A stretch of 63,752 nt of DNA, the filler included, from Octopus bimaculoides (Eukaryota): the NCBI RefSeq assembly GCF_001194135.2. It is 6 parts of 6 records of this genome, joined end to end, with 100 filler letters (N's around TTAATTAATTAA, not from the genome) between each part and the next. Parts side by side here need not be neighbours in the genome. Positions count along the whole stretch, not along the records: positions 1 to 11,560 come from NC_068983.1; positions 11,661 to 42,878 come from NC_068982.1; 4 more parts are not named here. The stretch is one strand, 5' to 3'. The position numbers and the translations under genes were made by a program. Below are positions 1 to 12,249 of this stretch, one piece after another. Each line of letters starts with the position of its first letter. Position 1 is the first letter of the stretch. Under the pieces are notes generated by a model that saw only the letters and a program-made list of their open reading frames with translations, searched no databases and was not told the origin of the DNA.

Positions 1-50
<50 letters not shown>

Positions 51-51
51 G

Positions 52-270
52 TACGAGGAGGTGCTGAAAAGTTCCTGGCTTTAGGTGAAGGAAAATACAG
101 GGGGATCAGTTAGTTATGATTTTATTCAGCAGATTCCCCTCTCAGATTCACACATTACAGCGGTCCATCAATAATTTTCTAAGCTCTGTAAAATAACTCA
201 GAAAGTTGGGCCTCCAACCAGACCTTTCGCGATACCCTTAAAGCCAGGTACTTTTTAGTGCCTCCTCTTA
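52..270. mobile_element. Mariner-type MITE, about 220 bp
   Basis: About 30-bp imperfect TIRs: TACGAGGAGGTGCTGAAAAGTTCCTGGCTTT (52-82) and AAAGCCAGGTACTTTTTAGTGCCTCCTCTTA (240-270), with TA ends. A second copy lies at about 57174-57393. Confidence 0.75.
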
Positions 271-326
271 CGTATGCGTGTATGTATGTATCTGTCTGTC
301 TGTCTCTGCTGTCTGTCTGTCTCTGC

Positions 327-358
<32 letters not shown>

Positions 359-1109
359 ACGCTGTATTTATATACTTAGCACACCACATATGGTGCATGA
401 TAGATATATAAGTTTTCGTTTTTACTGTTTGGAGAATATATCTGTCTATTCAAAGAATTAAACTAAGTCGAAAATAGTTAATAAAAGTTGTCTACGTGTC
501 TTTAATTGCCTACAGTTGTATAGTCTTTGAAATTTATGTTGTATCACATAAGATGCAATAAAATTGCAATAAACTTTATTTCCTCATATTTTGCGCACAC
601 GCTTACTTGTGCATACATACATACATACATACATACATACATACATGGATACATACATACATACATACATACATACATACATGCATACATATACGCACAT
701 ATATACATGACACATTCACACACATTCTCTTTTATTCTCTCTTTTTCTCTCTCGCTCACACGCACTGGTAACCATGAATATTATATTATTCTATATTATG
801 AAAATACCATATACATACATACGCGCACACAAAAGGGTGTATTAGTCCTTAATTAGGATGCAGTTTTAATAACGATAATAAAGATCTCAATTTTTTTTCC
901 CGCCTTTACTCCGATCTTGACATTACTGCTTTTCCGCAGAATAAATGGTATTATATCACAAGCTAGATAGAGTGTCTAAATTTACTACAATTTGCTCAAA
1001 ATGAGGTACGTAAACGTTATTATTTTAAAACTAGAATGTTTGATCACCACTGATTAGAAAATTTAAGAACTTCGCAATAAGAGATCAAAAAAAGAAAAGA
1101 AAATTGTAT

Positions 1110-1240
1110 AGGCGCAGGCGTGGCTGTATGGTAAGAAGCTTGCTTCTCAAACACATGGCTCCGGGTTCAGTCCCACTGCGTGGCACCTTGGACAAAATGC
1201 CTTGCTTCAGATTCGGGCCGACTGAAAGTGGTCCATCGTT

Positions 1241-1296
<56 letters not shown>

Positions 1297-1505
1297 GGTG
1301 GGTGTGGGTGTGTGTGTTTGTCCTCCATTGCTTGACAACCGATGCTGGTGTTTTTACGTCCCCATAAGCTAGCGGTTCGGCGAAAGAGATCGATAGAATA
1401 AATACCGGGCCTCTAAAAAATAAGTCCTGGGATCGATTTCTTCGAATGGAAGGCGGTACTCCAGCATGGCCACAGTCAAATGACTGAGACAAGTAAAAGA
1501 ATAAA
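1110..1505 (+). mobile_element. tRNA-derived SINE family B, near full length, with internal (TA)n(TG)n
   Basis: tRNA-like head (GGCTGTATGGTAAG ... GGTTCAGTCCC), internal microsatellite at 1241-1318, and tail CAGCATGGCCACAGTCAAATGACTGAGACAAGTAAAAGAATAAA shared with many copies in the window. Confidence 0.85.
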
Positions 1506-1999
1506 TGAATAGTCTGTGCGAATTTTAAATTCAAACTTCTAACGTCGCCAAATATTATGCAAAGATAATTATCTCCCTTATGTTTAAATTTACAAATGAA
1601 ATTCTAAAAACAACATCGGACAAATCATATAGATACAGAGAAGAAAATAAATCTAATTATAATGAAAAAATGATGAAAGTAAAAATAAAGAATTCTTTGG
1701 AATAAAAGATGTAGACAATGCAGAAGATAAGAAAACGAAGGACAAAGTATAAAACGGAAACGAAAAGGTGCAAAGAAGAATGAGAAATGTTTGATGGGAA
1801 AGAGAAAAGGTACAAAGCGGAAAACAAAAAAGTAGAAAAGAGAAGAGGATTACGGTTAGAAAAACAAAATGGAATGAAGCACAAAAGGCGAATGACGTGT
1901 CTACATATTATGCAATAAAGTGGAATGTTATTAGTTACATCGATAGTTGAAATGAATATGGGGAACAGATTTATATACTTGAGAATGTAATTTTGGTTT

Positions 2000-2190
2000 C
2001 ACATTTTGGTACAAGGCCAGCAACTTCATGGGCGAGATTAAGTCGATTAAATCGACCCTAGTGTTCAACTGGTACTTATTTTATCGTCTCCGAATGATGA
2101 AAGGTAAAGTCGATTTTATTTTGGCGGAATTTGAACTCAGAACGTAAAGACGATGTGCTAATGGTTATTGTACCAACTCGCTGCCTTCAT
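2000..2190 (-). mobile_element. SINE family A, degenerate
   Basis: Reverse complement matches the family core CGTTCTGAGTTCAAATTCCGCC ... CTTTCATC. Confidence 0.75.
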
Positions 2191-3270
2191 TTGAGAATGT
2201 AATATTATAAAGTATCAGACAGTGGGAAAAAGAGAAATGATAGTTAAGCGAAAAGTAGGGAGAAGGGAAAGTGAATTTATGAAATTAAAGGTAGCAGAAA
2301 GTATTAGTTATACGCTAGAGTTGAAAAAGGAGATAAGTGTGACGAAATTTAAAAGAAAAAAGTGGAGAAAGAAAAGAAAAGAAACACCGTTACGAGTGAG
2401 AGAGAAAGAGAGAAGAGAAAAGAGGAGAGAAAAGACGAGAGGAGAGAAAAAAATGAGAGAAGAGAAAAAAAGCACAATTGGTATTTGTAGAAGGGAATAT
2501 AGCGTAACATTTTTTTAAAATTGATAAAACGATATGCAAAATTCAGTAGACATACTGAATGGAAATGCTTCTGAACACCACTGAACACCGAATGATTTGA
2601 CACACAAGTGCAAATAGGGATAAAATCCATAAATATGCAAATAAGCAAATAATATTGAATGCATTTCAAAGAAATTCTTAAATCTCTTGAAAAATTTAAA
2701 ATATATATTAACCACTAGATAGAATTAAATTCTGTAATAAGTGCTTATTTTTGTGAAAACATTTTGAGAAAATTTCGTTTCCAGTAATTAATGAGTTGAA
2801 CAGCAACCTCACAAAAGAACATTTACTACAAGCTGGCAAACCGTATAATCTAAAAATTCTTGAATATATCTCTTAAGAAAAAAATTATCATCTCTCTCAG
2901 TGTAATATTTTAAAGATGGTAATACACCGAGCCTTCAGTACCCATTATGCAGTGATAGAGTGATGGTATTCTTGTTATCCGAGTGCCTAAAAGATTACAT
3001 AAGCTGTGTTTGCCTGATCTTAAAAGAATGCCCTGCGAAAGTTACACAAATTCACTCAATTATATACTACAAAGTCCTTACTGAGTTTACCAAGACATTT
3101 GTTATGAAGTGGATATGAAACAATATTTGTACAGTTACACTGAGATTACATTCTTGCCGAAGTATTTGATTATTATTTCGTATATTGACAGCTGAAATCG
3201 TAAGTAGCGCTTTGCAAACTTTCAAGGTACCTTTCTCAAAATCTTTGTTCATACTACACACTCCTTCCCT

Positions 3271-3392
<122 letters not shown>

Positions 3393-4011
3393 AGCAAACG
3401 CGTTTAGATATACACTTACTCGTACGTGTGCGTACGTGCAGATATTTGTATAAACGCGTGCATAGAAAAAGGAGCGTTTAAGTGATCTGATTTATGTATT
3501 ATATATTCTGCCAAAGTCTCTGGCGGCTTGACCATTGATGAAGCAGATGGTTTATATACCTAATAATAAACACTAAATAATTTAAGTTGCATTCATTTTA
3601 GTAGAACTCCACAAACTAAACACTCCTTCAAATGTTATTTACTTCTGGCTTGTTGGCACCTGTGTATAGACTGATGTATGCATATGTATACGCATGTATG
3701 TATGTATGTATGTATGTTCTTTTCTGTTTTTATGTGTGTTCTTCATCTGAAGAAGGACTTCTAACAAAGAAGCAAAGCTCCTTCGTGGGAATATAGGTAA
3801 CAATAAAGAACAATGTCTCATTTTAAACTTGAGGAAGTCTTGCATATTTTGACTGTTCCACTGACAGATTGTATTCGCAATGTGTGAGTTAGTCGGTTGA
3901 TTTCTTTTTTCTGAAAACCCTAGCTTATTCAGATTGTCACTTAAAGCATTAACTCACAAAACCCAGAGCACCGATTATTATTAGTATAAATGTGAATTAA
4001 TGGTTTGGATA

Positions 4012-4055
4012 TAGAAACCTGAGCTTTCGAAGCAATTGCCCTTAATCATCTTCTT
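4012..4055 (-). ncRNA. 5'-truncated minimal hammerhead-like remnant (Penelope type)
   Basis: Minus strand reads GAAGA-tgattaagggcaattgcttc-GAAA-GC-TC-aggttt, with palindromic helix III (AGCT). The CU of the CUGANGA core is missing. Confidence 0.3.
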
Positions 4056-4394
4056 TCTGTATGATTTTCAAAGAGATATTGGCGTCAGCAGCAAAGATGA
4101 CCACTATGACGTTACGTACGTTTTCCCTCCCAAACAACAATATCCGGCCTGTTACGTTTACAGTTGACAGGCTTTGATGGGAATGTCCCACCAATATTCA
4201 TTGTGTTGATTCTTGTGTACGTATTCAATATCAGGGATAGGGGGTTCTCTATATTTATTCCGTTTTCAATCTGTAATTTGTCGCCATTTTATATTTTTAA
4301 TTTCGCGTATGTGCATCATTTATTTTTTATTTTGTCGAGTACACACACAGTGTAGTAGGGTCAGTTGGGCACCGTCTGTGAGAAAAACAGCACC

Positions 4395-5022
4395 ACGACG
4401 CAATTCACTCTGCCAGGAATTTGGAAACGACGTGCTGTACTGCTTGGCATTCGTGCCAGAAGCTCCAATACGAACATTTCAGTGTGTTTGGGTGTCAATC
4501 TGAGGACAGTGCAATATGAGTGCATGTACTAAAAATGAAAAAAATCGAATATCCAGTCAACATCATGGTGTTTGGAGTGATCATGGTGCCGTTATGACTC
4601 CATTCATCTTCCCACATGGTCTCAGTCTCAACACGGAGGCCTAGATCAAGTGTCTGGAAGAGGTAGTACTGCCCTGAGTCAAGAGGGTGGTTGCTGGAAG
4701 ACTCTATGTCTGGTAACAAGACTCTGCACCATGCCACACAAGCAGGAGAACCCGGTCATGGCTGTCAGACAATTTCTGCGACCACATCACACCTAACGTC
4801 TGGTCACCTAACTCCTCAGACTGCAAACCCCTTAATTATTATGTGTGGGGTGCAGTTGAGCGAGAGACCAACAAAACTCCTTGTAACATCAAAGATGAAC
4901 AGAAAGCAAGTATTATGGCAGCATTGAGCAACTTAGACAAGGAGACCGTCCAGAAGAGCTGCAGGAGATTCTGAAGTTGTCTGGAGGCCGTGGTTGAAGC
5001 TAATGGCGATTTTGTTGAATAA
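4395..5022 (+). pseudogene. Internally deleted DD37D (maT-type) Tc1/mariner transposase
   Basis: HTH-like N-terminus (KRRAVLLGIRARSSNTNISVCLGVNLRTVQ) is fused at about 4515 to a catalytic C-terminus (PVNIMVFGVI ... YVW*QDSAPCHTS ... WSPNSSDCKPLNYYVWG ... LEAVVEANGDFVE*). There are 37 residues between the QD aspartate and the PL(D>N)Y position. Several stops and frameshifts. Confidence 0.85.
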
Positions 5023-5119
5023 ATTTACTCTTTAGTATTTCAAGATATTTTTCTGTAATTTTGGTAAAGATATCTGTTAAAATAAGATATCGGTGTTATT
5101 TTCATTTTCATGTAACAAC

Positions 5120-5141
5120 AGTTTATTCACCACACCCTGTA
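5120..5141 (+). mobile_element. 3' TIR of the maT element
   Basis: ...TTATTCACCACACCCTG followed by TA; reverse complement CAGGGTG... is typical of Tc1/maT termini. No matching 5' TIR found. Confidence 0.6.
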
Positions 5142-5979
5142 TACATATAATTCACGCATGTAGAAGGGGATTTCAAAATTTTGTAATTTTGCTAAAATTC
5201 TAGATCCTTTTCACAAATTGCTGCATTTTATTTGCTAACTTTGAAATAAGTATGAAATATTCTATGAAGACGTTTTCAGTAGTGTCATGATATGGGGCTT
5301 ACCAACATATAAAAGCATACAATGGACTTTGCGTCTACGTAAATCAGTAATGCTTTAAATCGGTAGCAAACTTCACTTTTCTTTACCGGACTTAGGGAAA
5401 TCAATAGTCGTTTATGAAAAGCCAATTCGGCGTTTGGGAGATGGCGAGCAAACGTATCAAAGCGTATATTTATCGACTTAAACACAGATTTCAAGCTTTA
5501 CAAGGCGGAAATTCTCATGACGCTAATATGTAACCATTGAATCTTGGATAATGTACAGTGAATACTATACGCAATTTGAGGCTTTTCACGTCACTTGCAA
5601 TAGGGAATTATGAAAATTAAATGGCAAGGCAGGATATCAAATGAAACTGTTTAAGAAATATCTAACATGCTCACTATGCATACGTTACTGAAATCCTATT
5701 TGAAATTATATGGGTTGGACACCTCTTTAAAATACAAGATTCTCTACCTACAAACAGCTTTCAAAAGTGAAGTAAGGTGAAGAACTGCAATGAAAAGTTT
5801 AAAGAAGTCACTAAAAATGTGATCTATGTGCATAAAGTTTGATATACAAACCGCGATTTTAAACTAATACTATTTCTGTTGTACAAATGAACTTTAATTC
5901 AGCCGACCGGCTAATTGCAGCATCTGTTTTTCTGTATCAGTAACAACGGATTTTGTCTTAGCATGCGGTTGCCAGTTGG

Positions 5980-6022
5980 TGTTTCTGATGAAGCTCAATC
6001 ATACAGAAATGCGCATCTAACA
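5980..6022 (+). ncRNA. Degenerate minimal type I hammerhead motif
   Basis: tgttt-CTGATGA-agctcaatcataca-GAAA-TGCGCA-TC-taaca. Palindromic helix III (ATGCGCAT), partial helix I, helix II unpaired. Confidence 0.45.
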
Positions 6023-6087
6023 ATGTCAACGCTACTGCTGGACGATTTTCGTCTACTGCTGATATATATTTGTGTTATTTAACATTT

Positions 6088-6392
6088 ATATTAAGCGAAG
6101 GTAAACCTCCCCTTGTGCAGGCAAGGTACGAAGGTGCGGAGGCGAGGATCTCCCATTCTAACGTGAAGCTAATGTCACAATCTTTGAGTTCCCAAATATA
6201 CTTACTTAATACAGTGGTGTTAATTCTATTTCTATTTTTTCGTACAATGTAAAAAAAAAAAAGAACAGGAAATGTTATCTTTACATCAATTAAACTTTTT
6301 TCATTCTAGCAGCACAACACCGACTATTGAACTTAAGGGAAGAGAGAATCCTAGCTTGCCTGCACAAGGGGAGGTTTACCTTCACTAAATAT
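6088..6392. mobile_element. MITE with 38-bp TIRs, superfamily unassigned
   Basis: 6088-6125 and 6355-6392 are inverted repeats matching at 36/38 positions (core GAAGGTAAACCTCCCCTTGTGCAGGCAAG). Non-coding interior. Confidence 0.8.
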
Positions 6393-6918
6393 AAAAAACA
6401 TTAGAAACCCTTGTGCCACCCCAAAATAGCACCAAGAACCCCTCACCATAGAAATAGTAGCCCTTGATATTAATTTAAGACCATATATATATACGCCTTA
6501 ATTAAAGCTAGTCTGCACGTAGTACATACTGGGGCCTTTGCAGGTATTTCTATAATAATACCCCTATCTCTTCACCAAAATTCCGAGTTTTGCTCTCACT
6601 CCCCACCCATAACAACTACCTAAATCTTATACTTAGTAATCCATTTTTCCTTAATATAACCTGCCAACCCTCTTTAGCAAATGCCAGATAATTCAATCAT
6701 GAATCTAACTGAGAACACAGCGGACATAATTATTTAACCCCAATGTTAAGACATCCAGTAACTAATTTTAATTTTAATTTTATTTTATTCTTATTTTCCT
6801 GTACCTTTTATGCCATGTTTTGTATTACAAAAATATCAACTTTGTTTGTTTGTTGATCAAAAGATTTCACCATTTTCTGATTATTTAAATTCAAATATAT
6901 ACATACATATATATATGT

Positions 6919-6992
<74 letters not shown>

Positions 6993-7427
6993 TGTATTTA
7001 ATGTTTTGGACTATTGGGTATATATCGATTAGTCTGGGGTACCTGATGTCATCTGCAGTTGGGGTATATTTCAGGAACTCTGCAGTGTTAGTTGAATAAA
7101 TAATAATAATAATTTCTTAAGAAGATGGATTCGGTACGAAAAGATTGATACCAAACCCATATATATATATATAGCTAGAAATAAGAGCAAAAATGCTCTA
7201 ATGCTGTAGTATAATTGTATACACATATACTGACAGGGACTATATATTCATACAATATATATGTATACAATCACTATATATATATACAATTATGCGCTTT
7301 GACTACACAAGTAGAGAATTTTAACTCTTATTTCTAGCAATGTAGGTGTTTCTAACACTCTAGTCATATTACGTGACAATTGTACTTTTCCGTTTTGGTA
7401 AAACGTTGCACACTGCTGTCTACATTG

Positions 7428-7486
<59 letters not shown>

Positions 7487-8661
7487 TTAATGTATAGATA
7501 CGTATATACAGGCACGCATACACTCTCAAATTGTCCTGCCCACCTACATTCAACGTGCCAAAATAAGAATAGCATTTCGTAGTTTGGGATTTAACTCCCA
7601 TTTCTAGCGTGATGAAAAACCACTTAGTGGCTTTCCCTGTGTATAACTCTGATACACACATATAACATACACACGTACATGTATTTATACATACACACAC
7701 AGAGATAATAACACAGATATATGCGTTTGTGATTCTGTACGTGTTAGATGTGTACTACACTTGTCAAAAAATAATCCGGTATTAAAGATAAATTTGAAGT
7801 TCTTAACATCCAACTCCCCACGTAAAAAAAAGTAAATAACGAAAATATTAAAAAGAAAAAAGGAAGATAAAATTGTTTAGGTTAACTGATATCGGTTTCA
7901 TGGCAAAGTTTTGAAACTTTATCTAAGATAATGTAGACAGAATGTGCATTATATCATATCAGCTAATATTTAAAACTCTTGAGAGATTTCCCTTCATAAT
8001 AAAAGGAATTCAGAAATGGCCAACTACCTACTTCATTGTTACTTTATATATGGCAGTGAGTAATTCTTAAATTTGCTTGGAGCCAATTCTGGTGCTACAT
8101 CATTATCTTATTGACTACTTCTCCAGATTATTTGCTACTTACTACTGAAGTGTCGCTCCGCATTCAAATTGATTAATTTCCCCAGTGACCGGCGTAACAC
8201 AACGTTCAAATGCTTCACTGCCATGTTAGTTAACTCTCAAGTCGTATTTCTCTGTTAATCATGTCAAAACAATAAAATATAATAAAAGCAAGCAACAACA
8301 GTCCTTGTAAAAACAACCACATCGCCGAATAACAATAACAGCTGTAATAATGTCAACAAGATCAATAAAAATCAGATGTGAATAAGTAAATAAATAAGTA
8401 ATAAAAATGATAAGGAGGAGAAAAAGAAGACGAGGAAGAAGGAGAATTTCTTTTTCTTTCGATTCAGATTCAGTACAAAGTTGCTTCTTAACGAGAGGTA
8501 TCATATATTCAATTGAATGATTGACGGCAATATAACTGGTATTTGGTTTCTTTGTCATAAAGATTTGAAAACACAAATTAACATGTCTCATACTAGATAC
8601 ATATAAGTTGGCCCTCAGTTGTCGCCACCATGCTACTACTACTACTACTACTAATAATAAT

Positions 8662-8860
8662 CCTTTCTACTCTAGGCACAAGGCCTGAAGTTTTTGGGGA
8701 GGGGACAAGTCGATTACATCGATCTCAGTGTTTCACTGGTACTTAATTTATCGACTCCGAAAGGATGAAAGGCAAAGTCGACCTCGGTGGAATTTGAACT
8801 TAGAAAGTAGCGACGGGCAAAATATCGCTAAGCATTTCGTCCAGCGTGCTAACGATTCTT
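8662..8860 (-). mobile_element. SINE family A (tail 2)
   Basis: Close match to the family consensus on the reverse strand. Confidence 0.85.
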
Positions 8861-9019
8861 TTCTACTCTATTCTACTCATTTACGTCCCATAACTTAGCA
8901 GTTTGGCAAACGTTACCCTCCTCCAGCAATCATAATTTCAATTCTTCGACCGGGTGGTGCGTTGTCTTCTCGAGCAAAACACTCGATCTCACATCGCTAA
9001 GTTACAGGAACGTAAAAGC

Positions 9020-9262
9020 ACCAACATCAGTTGTCAAGCGACGTTGAGGGGACAAACACAGACACACAAACATATGCATATATATATATATATATATATA
9101 TATGCAACGAACTTTTTTCAGTTTCCGTCTACCAAATCCACACACAAGGCTTTGGTCGGCCCGAGACTATAGTAGAAGACACTTGACTAAGGTGTCACGC
9201 AGTGGGAATGAACCCGGAACCATGTGGTTGTTACGAAGCTACTTACCACGCAGCCATTCAGA
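9020..9262 (-). mobile_element. SINE family B with internal (CA)(TA) tract
   Basis: CAGTTTCCGTCTACCAAATCCACACACAAGGC ... GGAACCATGTGGTTG matches the reverse of the B head and core. Confidence 0.85.
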
Positions 9263-9779
9263 TTTTTCCTTAGGATAGGGAGTGGATGGCGGTTTTGTGG
9301 AAACAGTGAACAAAGTGAGGTTATACATTCTGCATCACAACTTTACACTACTATCACATCCTGCCCCCAACGCACATACATTCGTTCCAACCTATTCACA
9401 CGACCTTCTACTTGCTCACACACATAAAACAACTTACACATTTGACTTCTTGCTCGCTCACACTCAAACATAAATATCTTGGTCACACAAACTTCATTAC
9501 AGTTTCTCATTCTTATCTTGATTATCTCCGAGAGTTCAGTCGTTTTGCTTCAGGCTCAGAGCTGTCAACATAGGAGACGAAGATCAGGCTCACTCCTCTC
9601 TGCGTGTCTCTGTTTCATTTGGAATCAATTTAAGTATCAGAGGTCTCTCCTTTGCTCCTCTTGAGGCTAATGGAGTTCCTTATTATTATTATGGGTTAAT
9701 TTCAGCTGACAGAATAACATTCCTTTTAATTCATTTTAATGTGAGTTACTCAAAATTAAATATGAGCTGTCCTCCAGCA

Positions 9780-9990
9780 TTCATGGTTTCAATTACTAGA
9801 TCACGTGATGCGTTGTGTTCTTGAGCAAAACACTTCATTTTACGTCGCTTTGCGATCACTTGCGATCCCCTGAAGCATAGTACACAGTGCACTAGTTTGG
9901 GCAACGTCGATTTGATGGAAAGCGTGAGCTAACGGGCTGCACGAACCTTTGATCACAAGAAACAAATCATTTGTGCTGGTCGTTCAGCAA
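9780..9990 (+). mobile_element. SINE family C, degenerate
   Basis: GTTGTGTTCTTGAGCAAAACACTT core shared with the copies at 22500 and 38940. Confidence 0.55.
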
Positions 9991-10275
9991 AAAAAAAAAA
10001 AAAAAGCAAAAAAGCTGAACGCTCATACGTCGTCTTCGACGAGAAAGTCTATTATTATTGTTATTATTTTTATCTGAGGTTTTGTTGGAACTCCTGGAAT
10101 CTTGCATGCGTAGCGGGCTTGCTGCCTGCAGCTTACGGTAACATGCTCTCTGTTCTTTTCAAATAGCTATTATTTTCCTGATTATTCTGGACATGCTAAG
10201 GAGGCAAACCTTTTGTAGCAGTTCTGCCGGGCACTCTATTCCAATTTCCTTTATTTTCCTCTCGATGCCGTCTGA

Positions 10276-10298
10276 CCCTAACCCTAACCCTAACCCTA
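10276..10298. repeat. Interstitial telomeric repeat (CCCTAA)3+
   Basis: CCCTAACCCTAACCCTAACCCTA fused to the SINE-A body that follows. Confidence 0.85.
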
Positions 10299-10491
10299 GC
10301 GGTATTTCGTCTGCCGTTACGTTCTGAGTTCAAATTCCGCCGAGATTGACTTTGCCTTTCATCCTTTCGCGGTCGATTAAATAAGTACCTGTCATGCATT
10401 GGAGTCGATGTAATCGACTGAATCCCTTTATCTGTCCTTGTTTGTCCCCTCTATGTTTAGCCCTCAACCCCGGGGGCAATAAAGAAATAAA
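10297..10491 (+). mobile_element. 5'-truncated SINE family A (tail 1)
   Basis: Starts at TAGCGGTATTTCG and ends GGGCAATAAAGAAATAAA. Flanked by 105-bp direct repeats at 10171-10275 and 10492-10596. Confidence 0.85.
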
Positions 10492-10640
10492 TATTTTCCT
10501 GATTATTCTGGTCATGCCAAGGAGGCAAAAAATTTATAGCAGTTCTACTGGGCACTCTGTTCCGATTTCCTTTATTTTCCCACTGATACCTTCTGATACT
10601 GTCTCCAAGGACCCAACAATAATCGGCATTTTGTTCACCT

Positions 10641-10990
<350 letters not shown>

Positions 10991-11604
10991 TCATTGTTAA
11001 ACTTTCTACTTTTAGATCTGACCATCTGAATTTCTGGTATGTCTCCTTTGTACTTTGCATCCGATATATTCTGATATGAGTTAATATATTCAATTAATGA
11101 ATAGCTAATACATTGTGCATTTGGTCTGACTGCTTCCTAATTTCCAACTCTAATTAACTAGTTAGACAAATATTTTCTGATCAGCTGTCAGGTGTTCTGA
11201 AAACGAATCTATTTTTTTTTAACATGTGTGAAATTAATTAATATATTTTCTGTTTAACAATGCAATACATATTGATGTCCATTGCGTATGGGAACTTATT
11301 TCATAAACATGAATTATTTTCTTAATTATTATTTTCAGTGCAGAACAAAAATAAATGCAGAAAGTAAAAATATATATTTAATAAGACGGGATGGGTAGGA
11401 GTGATAAAAAAACGTACTAAAATTCTTATTTAACCTGTTTCTGACACATGTATTTCAAATGTATTTACACACATGCATGCATGCATGCATGCATGCATCC
11501 ATAATATATTTATATATGTTATATATATATATAGCATATATTTATATTATACATATGTGTNNNNNNNNNNNNNNNNNNNNNNNNNNNNNNNNNNNNNNNN
11601 NNNN

Positions 11605-11616
11605 TTAATTAATTAA
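11605..11616. other. Assembly spacer TTAATTAATTAA inside a 100-bp N gap
   Basis: 44 N + 12-mer + 44 N. The same 12-mer sits inside N gaps at 42923, 55540, 58012 and 61155. It is a palindrome with stops in all six frames, so artificial. Confidence 0.9.
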
Positions 11617-12249
11617 NNNNNNNNNNNNNNNNNNNNNNNNNNNNNNNNNNNNNNNNNNNNATATATATAATCAGAAAAGAAGGGCGGTGCCTGCTGTGAT
11701 CTTTACATGACCTCTGAGAATGGTGAGGGAACTAGGGTGGATGGTATCATCAAACTACGGATTTGACCCGAAAGCTTACACCAGAATGGAATCTGCTCTG
11801 CTAAAGGCACCAAACGACCAGGGCATGGTGTTAAATTGCGCAACGAGTTATTTCTATCACACAAGTAAGCTTCCGTAAGATTTTAATTCTGAACACAAAG
11901 AGCCAGAACGAATACCACAAAGTATTTGTGTGATGCTCTGGCATTTCTTTCAATTCACCGTTTTATCAAAAAAACAAAAGGCTCATAAGGTCGGTTTCTT
12001 GGATTCTGTGATGTATATTTTATGGCGAATTCTCCTTGAATTGAGGTTGTACCACTAGCCTGTAAAATCATCTTTGGGTCTAACTCAGTTCACCAAGTTG
12101 TGTGTTCAAAACAACTTCAGAGCTCCGTATCAGGCATATGTTTTGTTAATTCTGAATATAAATCCTTTTTTATTATAATTATAATTATCTATTATCAGTA
12201 TTATTTTTATAATTATCATTATCATTATTTTAGTATAGTGTCGATACAA

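Noticed and set aside
940-1005. Good plus-strand acceptor and donor pair (also 21989-22040 and 3193-3198)
   Set aside because: The two longer candidates have stops in all three frames; the third is only a few nt. Expected by chance.
5285-5494. 69-aa ORF with normal-looking composition (also 11720-11878)
   Set aside because: No recognisable family motif or splice context.
8050-8224. ATGGCAGTGA/TCACTGCCAT inverted repeat (also GACAGATGA/TCATCTGTC at 26578-26611)
   Set aside because: 9-10-bp matches with no second copy or TSD; within chance expectation.
11016-11036. 21-nt plus-strand microexon candidate (TAG|ATCTGACCATCTGAATTTCTG|GTATGT)
   Set aside because: Only one open frame, opposite strand to the other candidates, and no independent support; not distinguishable from chance.
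11605-11616. TTAATTAATTAA recurring five times
   Set aside because: Always centred in a 100-bp N gap with stops in all frames: a scaffolding linker, not biology.
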